Part shown: positions 37,697 through 51,111 of the stretch, in pieces
Layout of the letters: each line of letters begins with the position of its first letter
Numbering within the stretch: the stretch's first letter is position 1
DNA from: Chiloscyllium plagiosum
Lineage: Eukaryota
Assembly: GCF_004010195.1 (NCBI RefSeq)
Contig: NC_057736.1
Span: forward strand, 15,466,710 to 15,530,709
Direction of reading: 5' to 3'
Length of the DNA: 64,000 nucleotides
Made by a program: the position numbers and the translations under genes
Notes under the pieces: model-generated
The model's input: the letters and a program-made list of their open reading frames with translations, nothing else
Told to the model about the DNA's origin: nothing
Databases searched by the model: none

Positions 37697-37712
37697 AATA
37701 TGGGAGAGAAGA

Positions 37713-37960
37713 TGTTGGCAGTTACATTGGTGGAGTGGAAAAGGCTGGTGACCTTCTTCCTACAGTGCTGGGCATTCTTCCGGATGGTTGAGACTGCAAT
37801 GACATGGTTGGTTATCTCAGAGGAGGCTGGCACAGTCTGATAGTGTGGCTTCCTGTGCTGGTGCTTGGACAAGAGGGTGTTACAGCTTTGCATCACGTAG
37901 TCCATCAGGACCTCCAAATCCCTGCACCCAATTTTTCCTTCGCTGCCACGGCCAGACTAA
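37713..37960 (-). mobile_element. Decayed Myb/SANT-like ORF, probably from a PIF/Harbinger transposon
   Basis: EVLMDYV..LL..EI..V.AVSTIRKNAQHCRKKVTSL resembles the Harbinger ORF2 trihelix (xQCRKKxxDL). Confidence 0.5.
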
Positions 37961-39039
37961 ATGTCAGGAATCGTGTAGAGCCATTTCAGATTTACCTCTT
38001 AGGATCTGGGTGTACAACAAGCTTTTAGCAATGGCAACAGGCCAGGGTTGCTGGTGCATTCCAGCAGTGGCAAGTTATTGTGGACATAGCAAGGGGTAGA
38101 ATGGGGCTAGAGGGTGTCATAGGGGACTGTTAGATATTTAATGAGGTAGGTTTTTTCAAGACGCATCAAGCCAACTTGTTAGGCCTCGAGGAAACTCTGC
38201 ATGAACTCAACGAAACTGACACTTAGCCAAGAAAAAGGTAAAATTGAATCGAGAGAATTGTCGTATTGTAAGGAAAATCCAGAGCATTAGGCTAAAATCT
38301 AAAATAGAGCCAGGCCATTCTGAGGTGAAATCAGGAACACATCTTCACTGAAAGACAGGCAGAAATCTGCAACTCTGTTGCCCCAAAGACAGTGGACAAT
38401 GGGGGAAGGGGATGAAAAGGGTTAATTGAAGTTTTTTAGTCTGTGAAGGATAAATTTTTGTTGGTTAAGTACATGAATTAATTTGGAACAAAGTTAATAA
38501 CATGTAGTTGTAAAATGGATCAGACTTAATCTAATTTAACAGTTAAAAAAGCTCAGGGGCTAAATTGCTTTCTCCTGTTTCTAATGCCTGATGCTCAAAT
38601 TGACCCTTAAACATTCACTTAAGCCGTAGTGAGAAGGATATAAGTGTTTAGCTAATAACTAGTTGAAAGGATATCACAGTACTTGGCATGACTTTGAGAT
38701 ATCAGATGTGATTATGTTCTCAGGTTTCTTGAGTGAGGTTTGAAAGCCCAATCTTCTAAATCAGAGGCTAAGTGCTAAATCAAGTTGTTTCTATTGAATT
38801 GTGGACTCTTACAGCTCAGAAGGAGGCTATTCAGCCTGTCATGTCTGTGCTGGTTCTCTGCAAGAATAACTTAGGCTGCCCTATTCCCTTGCCTTTTCCT
38901 GTGGCCGTTACATTTTGTTCTCCAGATAATTATCCAACTTTCTTCTGAAGACTTCAATTTAATCTGCTTCCCCCACACTTTCAGGTTGTACATTCTAGAT
39001 CCTAAACATTTCCCGTATAAGAAAACACTTACTGTAAAC

Positions 39040-41860
39040 TCTGGCCTACATGTGACTCCAGACCGACAGTAATGTGGTTGACTCTTAAATGCTTTCTGAA
39101 ATAGGTGAGCAAGCTATTCAATTGCATCAAATTTCTACATAAAAGTCAATCAGGAATAAAGCAACAGACCATCCAGCACTGACTTAGGCACCAGCATTGA
39201 CAACAGCATACATGGCTATCTTAATCCTGCAAAACCCTCCTTATTTACATTTGGGGACTTGTCTTAAAATTAGGAAAGCTGTCCCACAGATTAGCTTGAT
39301 ATAGTCATACACTCAGAATAGTACCTCACAGACAATGTTCTGGATGCCACCATCACCATTTCTGGGTACAACCTGTCCCATTGACAGGACAGACCCATTA
39401 GAAGTAGTGGTACAGAGGTGTTCAGTTGGAATGGTGTTGCCCTGAGAGTCCTCAACATTGATACTGGACCTTATGAAATCTCATGGCATCAGATCAACCA
39501 TGAGCATGGAAACCTCTTGCTGATTGCCACCTGCCACACCACCAACCCAGCTGATGAATCTGTACCCCTTTATGAAGATCACCATTTAGAAGAAGCACTG
39601 AGAGTGAATCCATCACTAGGACCGAGCCGCCTGAGTCCTAAGGGACACAACTGTGAGAATGAGCTTGCAGCAGGTAATGGGGCAACAGCAAGAGGGATAA
39701 ACCCACATCATCTCATGCTCACAAATCTACCAATTACAGATGCACTGGTCTACAACAGTGTTGGCAAGAATGACGACAGCACAGTCCTTGTGGAGACAAA
39801 ATCTTTACTTCATATTGATACGTTCTATCATGTTGCGTGATACTAACACCAGGCTAAATATGACAGACTTTGAAGATTTAACAACTCAGAACTGGGTGTC
39901 TTTGAGATACAGTGGACCATTCAGCAGCAACAGAATTGTAATGAAACACGGTCTGTAACATCATGACCCAACAAATCCCCCACTCATCTGTTTCCACCAA
40001 GCCAGGGGATCAACTCTGATTCAACAAAGAATGCAAGAGAGTATGTCGGGAGCGACACCAGCATTTGCCACAATCTTTAGTCAGAAGTGCCAAGTGAATG
40101 ATCCATCTCAGCAGCCACTGGAGGTGCCCAATATCACAAATGCCAGTCTTCTGTCAATTGGATTCATTCTACGTGATATCAAAGAATGGCTAATGTCATG
40201 AGATTTCACAAAGATGAAGAGCACCCATCATATTCTGACAATGCTCTATTTACTCTTCATTTCTGTGGGATGTGGGTATTACTGGCTGGTCAACATTTAT
40301 TGCCCGTCCCTAGTTGCCCTTAAGAAGGTAGCGGTGAGCTGCTTTCTTGAACGGCTGCAGTCTACCTGCTGTGGATTGACCCACAATGCCATTAGGGGTG
40401 GGATTCTAGGATATTGACCCAGCAACAGTCAAGGAACGGCAATATATTTCCAAGTCAGGGTGGTGAGTGACTTGGAGGGGAACTTGAAGGCAGTGGTATT
40501 CCTATGTATCAAGTGCCCTTGTCCTTCTAGATGGAAGTGGTCATGGGTTTAGAATGTGCTGTCTGAGGATCTTTGGTGAAGTTCTGTAGTGCATGTTGTA
40601 GATGGTACACACCTGCTACTGAGCATCCGTGGTCAAGGGACTGGATACTTGTGGATGTCGTGCCAAACAAATGGGCTGATTTGTCCTGGACTCTGTCAAG
40701 CTTCTTGAGTGTTGTTGGAGCTGCACCCATCCAGGCAAGTGGGAGGTATTCCATCATACTCCTGACTTGTGTCTTGTAGATGATAAACACGTTTTGAGGA
40801 ATCAGGAGGCGAGTTACTCGCCACAGTATTCCTGACCTCTGAACTGCTGTTGTAATCACTGTGTTTATATGGCAAGACCAGTTGAGTTTCTGGTCAATGG
40901 TAATCCCCAGGATATTGACAATGGTGGATTCATTGATGGTAACATTAAATATCTGGTAACATGATTGAATGTCAAGTGATGGTGGTTGGATTGTCTCTTA
41001 TTGGTGATGGCATTTGTATGGCGTGAATATTACTTGGCACTTGTCAGCCCAAGCCTGGATATTGTCCAGTCCATTTGAACATGGACTGCTTCAGTATCTG
41101 AGGAGTTGCAAATGGTGCTGAACATTGTGCAATCATCGACAAACATTCCCACTTTTGACCTTACAATGGAGGGAAGGTAATTGATGAAGCAGCTGAAGAT
41201 GGTTCGGCCTAGGACACTACCCTGAGGAGCTTCTGCAGAGATATCCTAGAGGTGAGATGACTGACCTTCAACAACCACAACCATCTTCTATGTGTCAGGT
41301 ATGACTCCAAACACTGGAGAGTTTTCCCCATTACCCACTGATTTCAGTTTTGTTAAGGGTCCTTGATGCCACACCTGTTTAAATATAGCCTTGATGTCAA
41401 GGGCTATCACTCTCACCTCACCTCTGGACTTCAGCTGTTTTGTCCATGTGCCCCTGGTGGAACCCAAACTGGGTGTCACTGAGCAAGTTATTGATAGCAC
41501 TGTCGATGACATCTTCCATCACTTTACAGGTGCTCAAAAGTAGACTGATGGGATGGTATTTGGCTGGGTTGGATTTGTCCTGCTTTTTATATACAGGACA
41601 TTCCTGGGCAATTTACCACATTGGGCAATAGTAGTGAAGAGTTGAGCTTTAGAACTTGCCATGCTCCTAACTAAGCTGTTCCAGTACAACTACAAGATTG
41701 GCATCTACCTAGCAATGTGAACAATTGCTCAGACAAGTCCTGTCCACAAGAAGTAGTTAAAATTCAATCCAGCCAATAACCAGCCTGTCAGTCTACTCTC
41801 AATCATTAGAAAATGATAGAAGGTTCTATCAACAGTGCTATCAAGTACTATTCTTTAGCA
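39040..41860. mobile_element. Old LINE (CR1/L2 group) on +, with an opposite-strand copy of the same family inserted at about 40250-41630
   Basis: RT motifs VIALDIKAIF..VWH and IYKTQVRS.MEY..LAW on -; endonuclease-region remnants on +; same family at 61540-62290. Confidence 0.65.
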
Positions 41861-42020
41861 GGAAGCTGCTCAGGGTTGAGACTGAGGTAGGTGGACAAGA
41901 TTGATTGTGCAGTTCCAATCTAAGACTATGGGTCAAGGTTTTGTGATTTGCTGACAATGCAGACATGAGTTCTCAGTATACCATCCAGCAACTGGGCATT
42001 AAGAGGTGCAAGAAAGCTTC

Positions 42021-42105
42021 TGTCACCTACTGATTGGTTTACACCTTCTTTCCACACTTCGCCATCATCCAGATTTCAGACCAAGTCTCTTTAACACCTT
42101 GCCAG
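42021..42105. promoter_or_regulatory. Candidate T-box enhancer block, copy 2
   Basis: tgtcacct, tttacacct, ccacactt and tttaacacct, with the same spacing as copy 1. Confidence 0.45.
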
Positions 42106-45020
42106 ATCCCATCCTGATGAGGGGCAGGTATACAAATAAACATTATCACAGGCAGGGATACACAAACACTCTTGTCATAGTCAGGGACATACATGAACTC
42201 ACGTACAGAAATAAGTGAACTCTCACACACCCAGGGCTGTAGAACACATTCACAAACAATAGAGAAATGAAGAAACACAGAAAGAAAGAATGCACACATA
42301 GAAACCAACACTGACACAAGGACACACACATTCACATCAACAGTGAAACATAGCAGTTCTGAAAAAGGATTCAACATTAACTCTGCTTTCTCTCCACTGA
42401 TGCTCCTATACTTGCTGAGTTTCTCAGGAAATTTCAAAATGTTTTTGACACTTATTGGGGCATGTTTTACTGAAACAAGATGGGGTTTTCAGTTGAAGCA
42501 GTTGGTTAGCCCACATTTGTTGCAAGACGTCACTTTGCTAACTTTGCATAGCACCAACTTAGTACTTGTGGTGCATGGACAGAAACATTCACACACACAT
42601 TCAAAATTGTGCTGCATTTGTGGTTTAAATTCACATTTACACTATGGATTCATTCTAATTTCCTTGTGAGGTTTAATAACTGCCAAATGAACGTGATGGT
42701 TGATGTTCCCTGCCCTGTCACCTTGTTGTATTGTTGGTTGCTGGGCATCTTGATAGTGTCAACTTTACCCCAGTTACACTCAGTAGTGGGACCCAATTAG
42801 GCGATCATAGAAACTAGCATGCAGGCAGAATACTGATGATATTGTGCTATATCCTGAGCTACCTGGTACAATGAAGCTTTATTTATCCCTGTTAACAATT
42901 GTAGTGCAGTGGAAGCATTGTTAAGAAATGAATAATGGAATTTTTAAATGATTATCCTACAGACATAATTCCTCTCTGATATGTCATGCCACTGCCTATA
43001 GGATTCCAGCTGAAATATTCCAGTTCAGAGATTTTCCACAGCTTGCCCCACTGATATTAGCTCCATGAGACCAGATTCATGTGAGAATTGAATTAGCTAA
43101 AAAAGGTTTGTGACTGAGAATAGAGAGGGACAGACCTAACCAGAATTTAACTACAATCCAGCCCAGAATCCTTCACTGAGGAGTCACCATGAATACTGCT
43201 GTTGGTCACACTGTGATCACATCAATTTTGAATGTTATTGCATATTGAGCTGACTGATAATGAAAGGACAGTGCACATTTATTGTCCACTATATATATCA
43301 ATTTCTGAGCAACTTCCAAATGAAATGAATTTACACAGTTTACTGTGTTTTTCTATTTCTGTTTATTCTGCTGCTCATCTCAGTCTCTCAGTAATTGACA
43401 TATTCTTCAATGTCTCTATCTTTGTCTCTTATTCTCACTATCTCTTTGTTGCTATCTGTAACTCTATCCGACAGTCTGCCTCTGCATCTCTCTTTCTATC
43501 TTTCATTGTTTATTCTGGACACGAGTTTTGATGTGTCATTTCTAACAGTGACCCTCTCACCTCCTCCCCCCTCACACACTCCAACACTTTCCCAACAATT
43601 TGGCTTCAACAATAGTGTTGGCGTTTGTGTTTCAGATTTGGTTTGGGCTTTTGTTGGGGACAGAACAGATAAAAGTTCCTTGTAAAAATAGTCATAGAAA
43701 TTCTCTGTCTCTTTGCAAGATGGCGCTGGAAATGGTCAACTCCTTGTGAGCTCCTGCATGCAGACCTAAGTTTCCTATTTCCTCCAATCGTTCTACATCC
43801 TTTAAACTTAATAGCATACCTGTGTTATTGTTTTTGCCGCTGTTTACCTATTATTTACTTAACTCTGTGATCTGCCTGTATTGCTCACAAGACAAAGCTT
43901 TTCACTGTGCCTTGATACATGTGACAATAAATTCAATTAAATTCAATTCAAATAGGAGCACTTGGTACTGTCTTTTAATTTTGCTTAATTTGTTTTTCCT
44001 TATGTACAAATCACATTTAGTGATGAAGTGTAAAAACATGCCAATTGCTGGACAAGCCAGCATCAAGACCAGTCCAGTTCACTTTCAGTTTTCATGGCTG
44101 TTGCATGATTCAGTAATCATATCAATCAATCAACCTTCATTAATTAGTCAAGAATGGAAGCAGATAATGGGAGAGGGAAATTTCACAGTGATGGAGATGT
44201 ATGGGAATTATATAGTACCACTCACCACCTCAGGACTTCACAAAGCACTTTGCAACTGGTGAAAGATTTTTTAAAAATGTAGTCACTTTTCTAAAGTAGA
44301 AAACTTTAGAAAATTCAGCAAACGAGTTTCACACAATAAGCTACAGAAACAGCAAATTGATAATGACCGGATTATCTGCTTTCCTTTAGGTTTGCTGAAG
44401 ATAAATATTGTCCAGGACACTGGAGAGAACTCACTCTGTTCTTTGAAAGTGTGCCATGTATCTTTCCCTGAGAGAGCAGTTGGTAGACTCTATTCAATTC
44501 TCAGCCAAAAAGATGGCACATCTGACAGTCCTTTTGGAGAATAGTCATTGTTGTAGGAGATTCAGAATCTTAGTTTGGACTTTTGTAATGATTGACACCA
44601 CACAAAATATCAGCCACAAAACTTAATCAATCCTCCAACAAAAACATTAGTTCACATTATGAGGGAATATTCATTTAAATGTCCTTCATCATTTGCTGAT
44701 TGTGATTGATTCCTGAATCACCACTAAAACCCATTTCCCTCTCTTTTTCCTGGAAACCACTGCTTTTTGATTCTAATTAACAGATTGTTGGTAGTAGTGA
44801 AATCCCAGCAACAATTCACAATGAAGTTACAATGACCTCCACCCCTGCCAGCCATGCTCTCTCAGCATCTAATGAGATAATAAACTGCTATAAAGGTCAA
44901 TGGATTTTTAGCCCCTTTAATAAAGTTTCTCATTTTCACTGACAGAGAAGATAGAGCAGTGATCCGTGTGACAGTGTATTGAATGGACTGTTGCTGAAAA
45001 GGGATTTTACTCAACACATA

Positions 45021-46526
45021 TGGAGAGTGAAGAAGGTTTTCTAAGATTACAGAGATCTTGATCAATTGGGTGAATGGGCTGAGGAGTAGCAAATGGAGTT
45101 TAATTTGGAAAAATGCAAAGTATTGCATTGCAGTAATGTAAAAGAGGACAGGACTTTAAAAATCAATGGTTGGGTCCTGGATAGTGTTGTAGAAATGGGA
45201 GACCTAGGGGTTCCAGTACATACTTCTTTGGAATTTGCATCACAGGTAGACAGGGTGGTTAAATAGGTGTTTAGCACGCTTGCCTTTATTGCTCAGACCT
45301 TTGAGTACAGGAGCTGGGACATCATATTGAGATTGTAAAGGACGTTAGTGAGGCCTCTTAGAGTCATAGACTCAGAGATGTACAGCATGGAAACAGACCC
45401 TTTGGTCCAACTCGTCCATGCCAACTAGATATCCCAACCCAAATTAGTCCCACCTGCCAACATCCGGCCCATATCCTTCCAAACCCTTCCTATTCATATA
45501 CCCATCCAAATGCCTTTTAAATGTTGTAATTGTACCAGCCTCCACCACTTTCTCTGGCAGCTCATTCCATACACACACTACACTCTGTGTGAAAAAGTTG
45601 CCCCTTAGGTCCCTTTTATATTTTTCCCCTCACCATAAACCTATGCCCTCTAGTTCTGGACTCCCCAACCCTAGAGAAAAGACTTTGTCTATTTATCCTA
45701 TCCATGCCCCTCATGATTTTATAAACCTCTATGAGGTGACCCCTCAGCCTCCGACACTCCAGAGAAAACAGCCCCAGCTGATTCAGCCTCTCCCTATAGC
45801 TCAAATCCTCCAAACCTGGTAATATCCTTGTAAATCTTTTCTGAACCTTTTCAAGTTTCACAATATCCTTCTGATGGGAAGGCGACCAGAATTGCACGCA
45901 ATATTCCAAAAGTAGCCTAACCAACGTCCTGTACAGCCACAACATGACCTCCCAACTCCTGTACTCAATGCTCTGACCAATAAAGGAAAGCCTTCTTCAC
46001 TAACCTATCTACCTGTGACTTTAGGAAGGATAATATTAAACTGGAGAGAGTTGAGGAAAAATTTACCAGGATGTTGCTGAGATTGGAGTGTTTGAGATAT
46101 AAAAATAGATTGGAAAGGATGGGACATTCCTCACTGGAACGTCAGAGGTTGAGGGGTGATCTTATTGAGGTTTATAAAATCATGAGGGCCAAAGGTAAGG
46201 TGAATTACAAGAGTCTTTTCCCTCAGGTGAGTGAGTTCAGATGTGGGGCACATGTTTTTAAGGTGAGAGGAGAAAGATTTAAAAAGGACATGAGGGGCAA
46301 CCTTTTTACACAGAGTGGTTTGTGTGTGGAATGAAGCACCAGAGGAAGTGGTGGATGCAGGTACAGGTACAATGTTTAAAAGACATTTGGATAAGTATAT
46401 GAATAGGAAAGGTTTGGAGGGATATGGGCCAAGCACAGGCAGGTGGGACTAGCTTAGTCTGGGAACATGATTGGCATGGACTAGTTGGACCGAAGAGTCT
46501 GTTTCCGTGCTGTATGGTTCTATGAC
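45021..46526 (+). mobile_element. CR1 LINE split by a younger antisense CR1 (45359-46020)
   Basis: Host ORF2 sequence continues on both sides of an inverted HER1-like 3' fragment (ORFs 45616-45945 - and 46071-46334 +). Confidence 0.85.
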
Positions 46527-46554
46527 ATCCTCCGGAAGACAGAATCTTTTTAGA

Positions 46555-46850
46555 AAGAATGACTTACATTTATTTAATTCTTTTCACAGCCAACTGATAG
46601 CTCAAAGCATTTTACAGTTAATGAGCTTTTAGTCACTGTTGTATGGTAGTAAGTGCAGCAGTCAATTCTGTGCTCAACAAACTCCCACAATCAACGACAT
46701 GACAATAACCAGCCAATCTAATATTTACAATATTAATTGAAGGATAAATATTGATCAGGATGTTGGGAATAACTCTCCTGCTATTCTTCAAAAGAGTGCC
46801 ATGTGGATATTTCACTGTTCAGCAGATAGAGAGGATGTCAATTTAACATT
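46555..46850 (-). mobile_element. Deu-domain SINE (SacSINE/AmnSINE-like), representative copy
   Basis: Reverse complement of the Deu-domain (..atcccatggcact..gaagaatagcaggagagtt..). Degenerate copies near 3575-3745, 8670-8830, 18570-18815, 44225-44530, 49740-49990 and 50500-50760. Confidence 0.55.
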
Positions 46851-47717
46851 TTGCCCAAAGACCCCAAAGAAACAGCCCAAAGACTGCAACCAGATGACAG
46901 TTTACCAGCTTCTGTGGGGCAAACAAAAAGTACTTTCTACATCGAGCACCCAGAATGTGACCATGCCCCCTTGCTACCCACTCGGATATGTTTGCCTTCA
47001 CCTCACTACATTCAAATCTCAAAGCAAACATTAATAACAGTATTTAAATATTTTCCCGAGCACACAGAAGCTCAAGAAATGGTGAATTCACCTACTTCAT
47101 CCTCCTGCTGCCTCAACCACTTTCCTCTTCATACCTGTCCAACTCAAATTGTTTGTGTGACTTTTTTGGTCAATGTTAATGTGTTTGTAAGTGTGAGAAT
47201 GTGTACGAGTGTGTAAGTTAGTATGTGTGAGTGGTGTCTAAACATTTGTGAGTGACACTTCACTATAGTGTGTGTCAGTCAGTGTGTGTGATTGAGAATT
47301 AATACATCAGTACAGTTTTGTGAGTGTTTATGTAGTTTGTTGTGTTCACTGCCCATGCATGTTTTCCTCATGCGCTGGTCAGGATATGACAGTGGCCAAG
47401 ATTATACCTCAATTTTGTCTCTGAAATATAGGTGCAGCTTGAATGAATTCCTATGCCTTTGACTTTTAGCATTGCAGAATTGAATCATTAGCCTCTTGTT
47501 TTAAAGAATATTTTGTGTGTTGCTTAATATGACTAGCTTTCCTACATTTAGGAATGCTTAAGTGATGACTGCAAGATAGAAATGTTCATTCATATGTATT
47601 TATTTGAGTATTGTAGGCCAGTATTTCCGCGTGCTTTATACATGGTTATATCTTGCTTTTCAAGGAAAATGTATCAACAGTTTTATTAGCTGTATTGTTG
47701 CAGAGAATCTAATCACA

Positions 47718-48024
47718 GGGTGGCTCGGTGGCTCAGTGGCTCACAGCACCAGGGTCCCAGGTTTGATATCAGCCTCGGGTGACTGTCTGTGTGGAGTTTG
47801 CACATTCTCCCCGTGTCTGTGTGGGTTTCCTCCGGATGCTCTGGTTTTCTCCCACAGTCCAAAGATGTACAGGTCAGGAAATTGGCCATGTTAAATTGTC
47901 AGTGATGTTAGGTGCATTAGTCAGAGGGAGAAGGGTCTGGGTGGGTTACTCTTCATAGGGTTGGTGTGGACTGGTTGGGCCCAAAGGGCCAGTTTCCACA
48001 CTGTAGGGAATCTAATCAAATCTA
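47718..48024 (+). mobile_element. HE1-type SINE
   Basis: V-domain and tail homologous to 17004-17316. Confidence 0.8.
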
Positions 48025-50107
48025 AACTGTAATAAAATAAAGGGACTGCAATTGCTGGAGAAATTCAGCAGTCCTGGCAGCTTCTGTGGTGAGAAATCAG
48101 AGTTAACCTTTCAAATCCATTGACCCTTCTTCTCTCTAACAGATGCTGCCAAATCTGATATAATTGTCCGTGTTGAGTTAGACTCAGGTTGGGTGTCAGC
48201 AGGATTATTACAAATGAGCAACGCTATCTGGAAGGAAAGATGTTGGATTGAAAAGTGCTCCATCCTTCCTTTTGTCTTTGAGAGGTTTGTGATAGTGGGC
48301 AATTGGTCCTTTGATTTGCAGTGTCATCAAACTCGGACACATATTATTAGAATGGTCAAAATCACAAACTCTGTGGCGTACTCCATCCTTCTCCCTGACG
48401 AAAGTCTGTGGCTAAACCAGACTCTTTGCACTTGTTTGGAGCATGTTTGGTTGCATAAAATAAAAGGAACTTTGAAATGTACCTGCTTGGGGAATATTTG
48501 ATGGGATAGTGAAGAGGGAGCTTTACTCCGTATCCAAGCAGTGCTTATCTGATATGGAAGTGTTTGATGTCACATGTGACAGTTCACCACTGAGGCTGCC
48601 ACACTACACATTTAAGTTAAAAAAAATCACACAACACCAGGTTAGAGTTTCTGTTGGACTATGACCTGGTGTTATGTGATTTTTAACTTTGTCCACACCA
48701 GTCCAACACTGGCACATTGTGGCTACCCTAGACATTGAAAACAGTTGTATAATGTGATGGCTCTGAAAGGATTAATGATATAGACTGTGCTAAGCTCTCC
48801 CATGTCTGACAATGTTACATGATTTTGGGTGAAGGAACAGGGGTCTAGCTCGAGATTCTGATGGAGTCAGATGGGTCATCCCTGGCTCCGGATAATCCAA
48901 GTAATCAGCCAGTGTAAGTTGTACCTATTGCTGTCATGTACAAAACTACATGACAAATCTTGTAGCTGAAACAAGTGGTTTTTCTTGGTTCATTCTCCCC
49001 ACACCGGTAACCAAACAGGCTGTTAGACCTTGTATAGAAAGGAGGACACAGGGCTGTGGTGATGCAGAGCTCTCTCTCAGGGACAGGAATCCTTGATTGC
49101 AATCCCACCAACTCCAAAAATATGCCATACCACACCTGAACAGGCTGAGTACAAATATTGACAAGGGACGGTCGGTCTGCACCAATTCTGTTAACCCTTT
49201 GATTTTTGTTTATGTGACAGAGCCCCACCTGAAACGCTCTAACTTGTTCAATGTTTACTTTATAAAGGAGAATTGGTGGCACTCTCCCACAGCTATCACT
49301 TGGAAGTGGTTGGTTCTGCAGCACATGTAACAAAAACTATTCTAATTAACCATCCAATCCAATAACAATCCAATCAATCATAATTTGTTGAATCAAATAA
49401 TTAAATCTGGAAAACAAGATTATGTTGTACATATGATAGAAATCCTTTTGCCACTTTTGAACTAAGGATTTAAATCATTTAATTTGGTGAGGGATGTATC
49501 TCATTTTATTAAGAATCTAAAATCTCAGCTTTAATAAAATGATTGATTGTTTTGTTGTGCACTGTAGAAAGCATTGAAGTAACACTAGAGAGAATATTGG
49601 GTGCAAATTAGACCATAGTGTAGCCCAGGATTGAAGTGCATGAGCTCCACCTAGTGAGCAACTAGAGCCTGCATTACATTGCAGAGTTGCCAATAGCTTC
49701 AGGGGAAGAAATAAGAGCATTATTTGAAACTACAGCTCACTGTATCCCTTCAAAATCTTGAAAAATGCCTTGTGGTCAGTGAAGTTATTGTTTTATATTG
49801 GGAAAGTAACTGATTTGCTCACAGGAAGGTCTCACAGATGGAAATTGATAAATGATTCGACGTTTGTTTTTTCGTGGAATGAGTCAATGTTGAGATGTTG
49901 GCTGAGGTATAATGAGAACAGGTGGGATCTTTTAATGTCTAGTTGAATCATTAGAACAAGTTCATCTGAAGGATAAAACTTCAGACATGCTAGTGTCTGG
50001 TGGAGAAGGTAGTGGAATAGTTCCGGAAAATCCTCATTATTGCAGGGAGTGGTGAGAACATGAAATTCATTGCCAGATGGAGAAGTTAGGCAAATAACAT
50101 GGCTGTA

Positions 50108-50321
50108 TTAGATTAGATTAGATTAGATTAGATTACTTTACTTTACAGTGTGGAAACAGGCCCTTTGGCCCAACAAGTCCACACCGACCCGCCGAAGCGC
50201 AAACCACCCATACCCCTACATTTACCCCTTACCTAACACTACGGACAATTTACATGGCCAATTCACCTGACCTGCACATCTTTGGACTGTGGGAGGAAAC
50301 CGGAGCACCCGGAGGAAACCC
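50108..50321 (-). mobile_element. 5'-truncated HE1-type SINE with (TTAGA)n tail
   Basis: Reverse complement of the SINE 3' half. Confidence 0.8.
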
Positions 50322-50888
50322 GTATTGAAGGAGAAGCTGGTTAAGCAGTGAGGGAGAAAGGAATAGAAAGTTATGCTGATGGATTAGAGTGCAGTGATGG
50401 ACTAATTCAGCGAAATGGCTGATTCTTATGCTTTAAGAAAGCCACAGAAAGGCTTCATTTCAAAAGCAGTGTCCTAAACTTCAGGGTGTCATTTCCTTTT
50501 TGAACTTTACCATTAACAATGTACTTTTGAAATGTTGTGATGCAGGGAATGAAGTAGTCAACATTTTCACAGCAAGCTCCCCCAAACAGCAATGTGATAA
50601 TGACTAGGTAGCCTGTTAAAACGTGTGAGTTGAGGGACAAATATTGACCATGGTGCTGGTCGTCTCCATTCACCCGAGAGAGGAGATGGGTCCTCAGTTT
50701 AGTGCCTCATTCCAGAAGCCACACCACCATCAATGCAGAATTTTCATGGACTCTTGAGACCACGATCTTCTGACCTAAGGTGAAGCTTGTTACCCATTGA
50801 GACTTAGCTAGCTAGCAACTACTGTTGGGTCAAGTTCTCCCAGCTTCCACTGGCAGGTCTAACAGGTCAGTTGATTTCAGACTTTATT

Positions 50889-51111
50889 AAAACAAAGAAC
50901 TGTGGATGATGGAGATCTGAAAGAAAGACAGAAATTGCTGCTGAAGCTCAGCACATCTGTCAGACTCTATGAAGTTAAGGCAGAGTTAACGTTTCGAGAA
51001 TTATCACTCTTCAAAGTTCTGATGAAGAGTCAGTGGACTTGAAACATTAACTCCAGTTTCTCCCCATTGATGTCGCCAGAACTGCTGAGTTTCTCCAGCA
51101 ATTTCTGTTTT
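50889..51111. mobile_element. PLE-derived fold-back repeat (third family)
   Basis: gtt-CTGATGA-agagtcagtggactt-GAAAC-att-aac core at about 51016-51051. Related degenerate copies near 5900-6025, 26575-26735, 26875-26995 and 51985-52100. Confidence 0.65.

Noticed and set aside
50108-50135. Telomere-like or CRISPR-like repeat (TTAGA)n
   Set aside because: It is the SINE 3' tail, not TTAGGG, and has no spacers.
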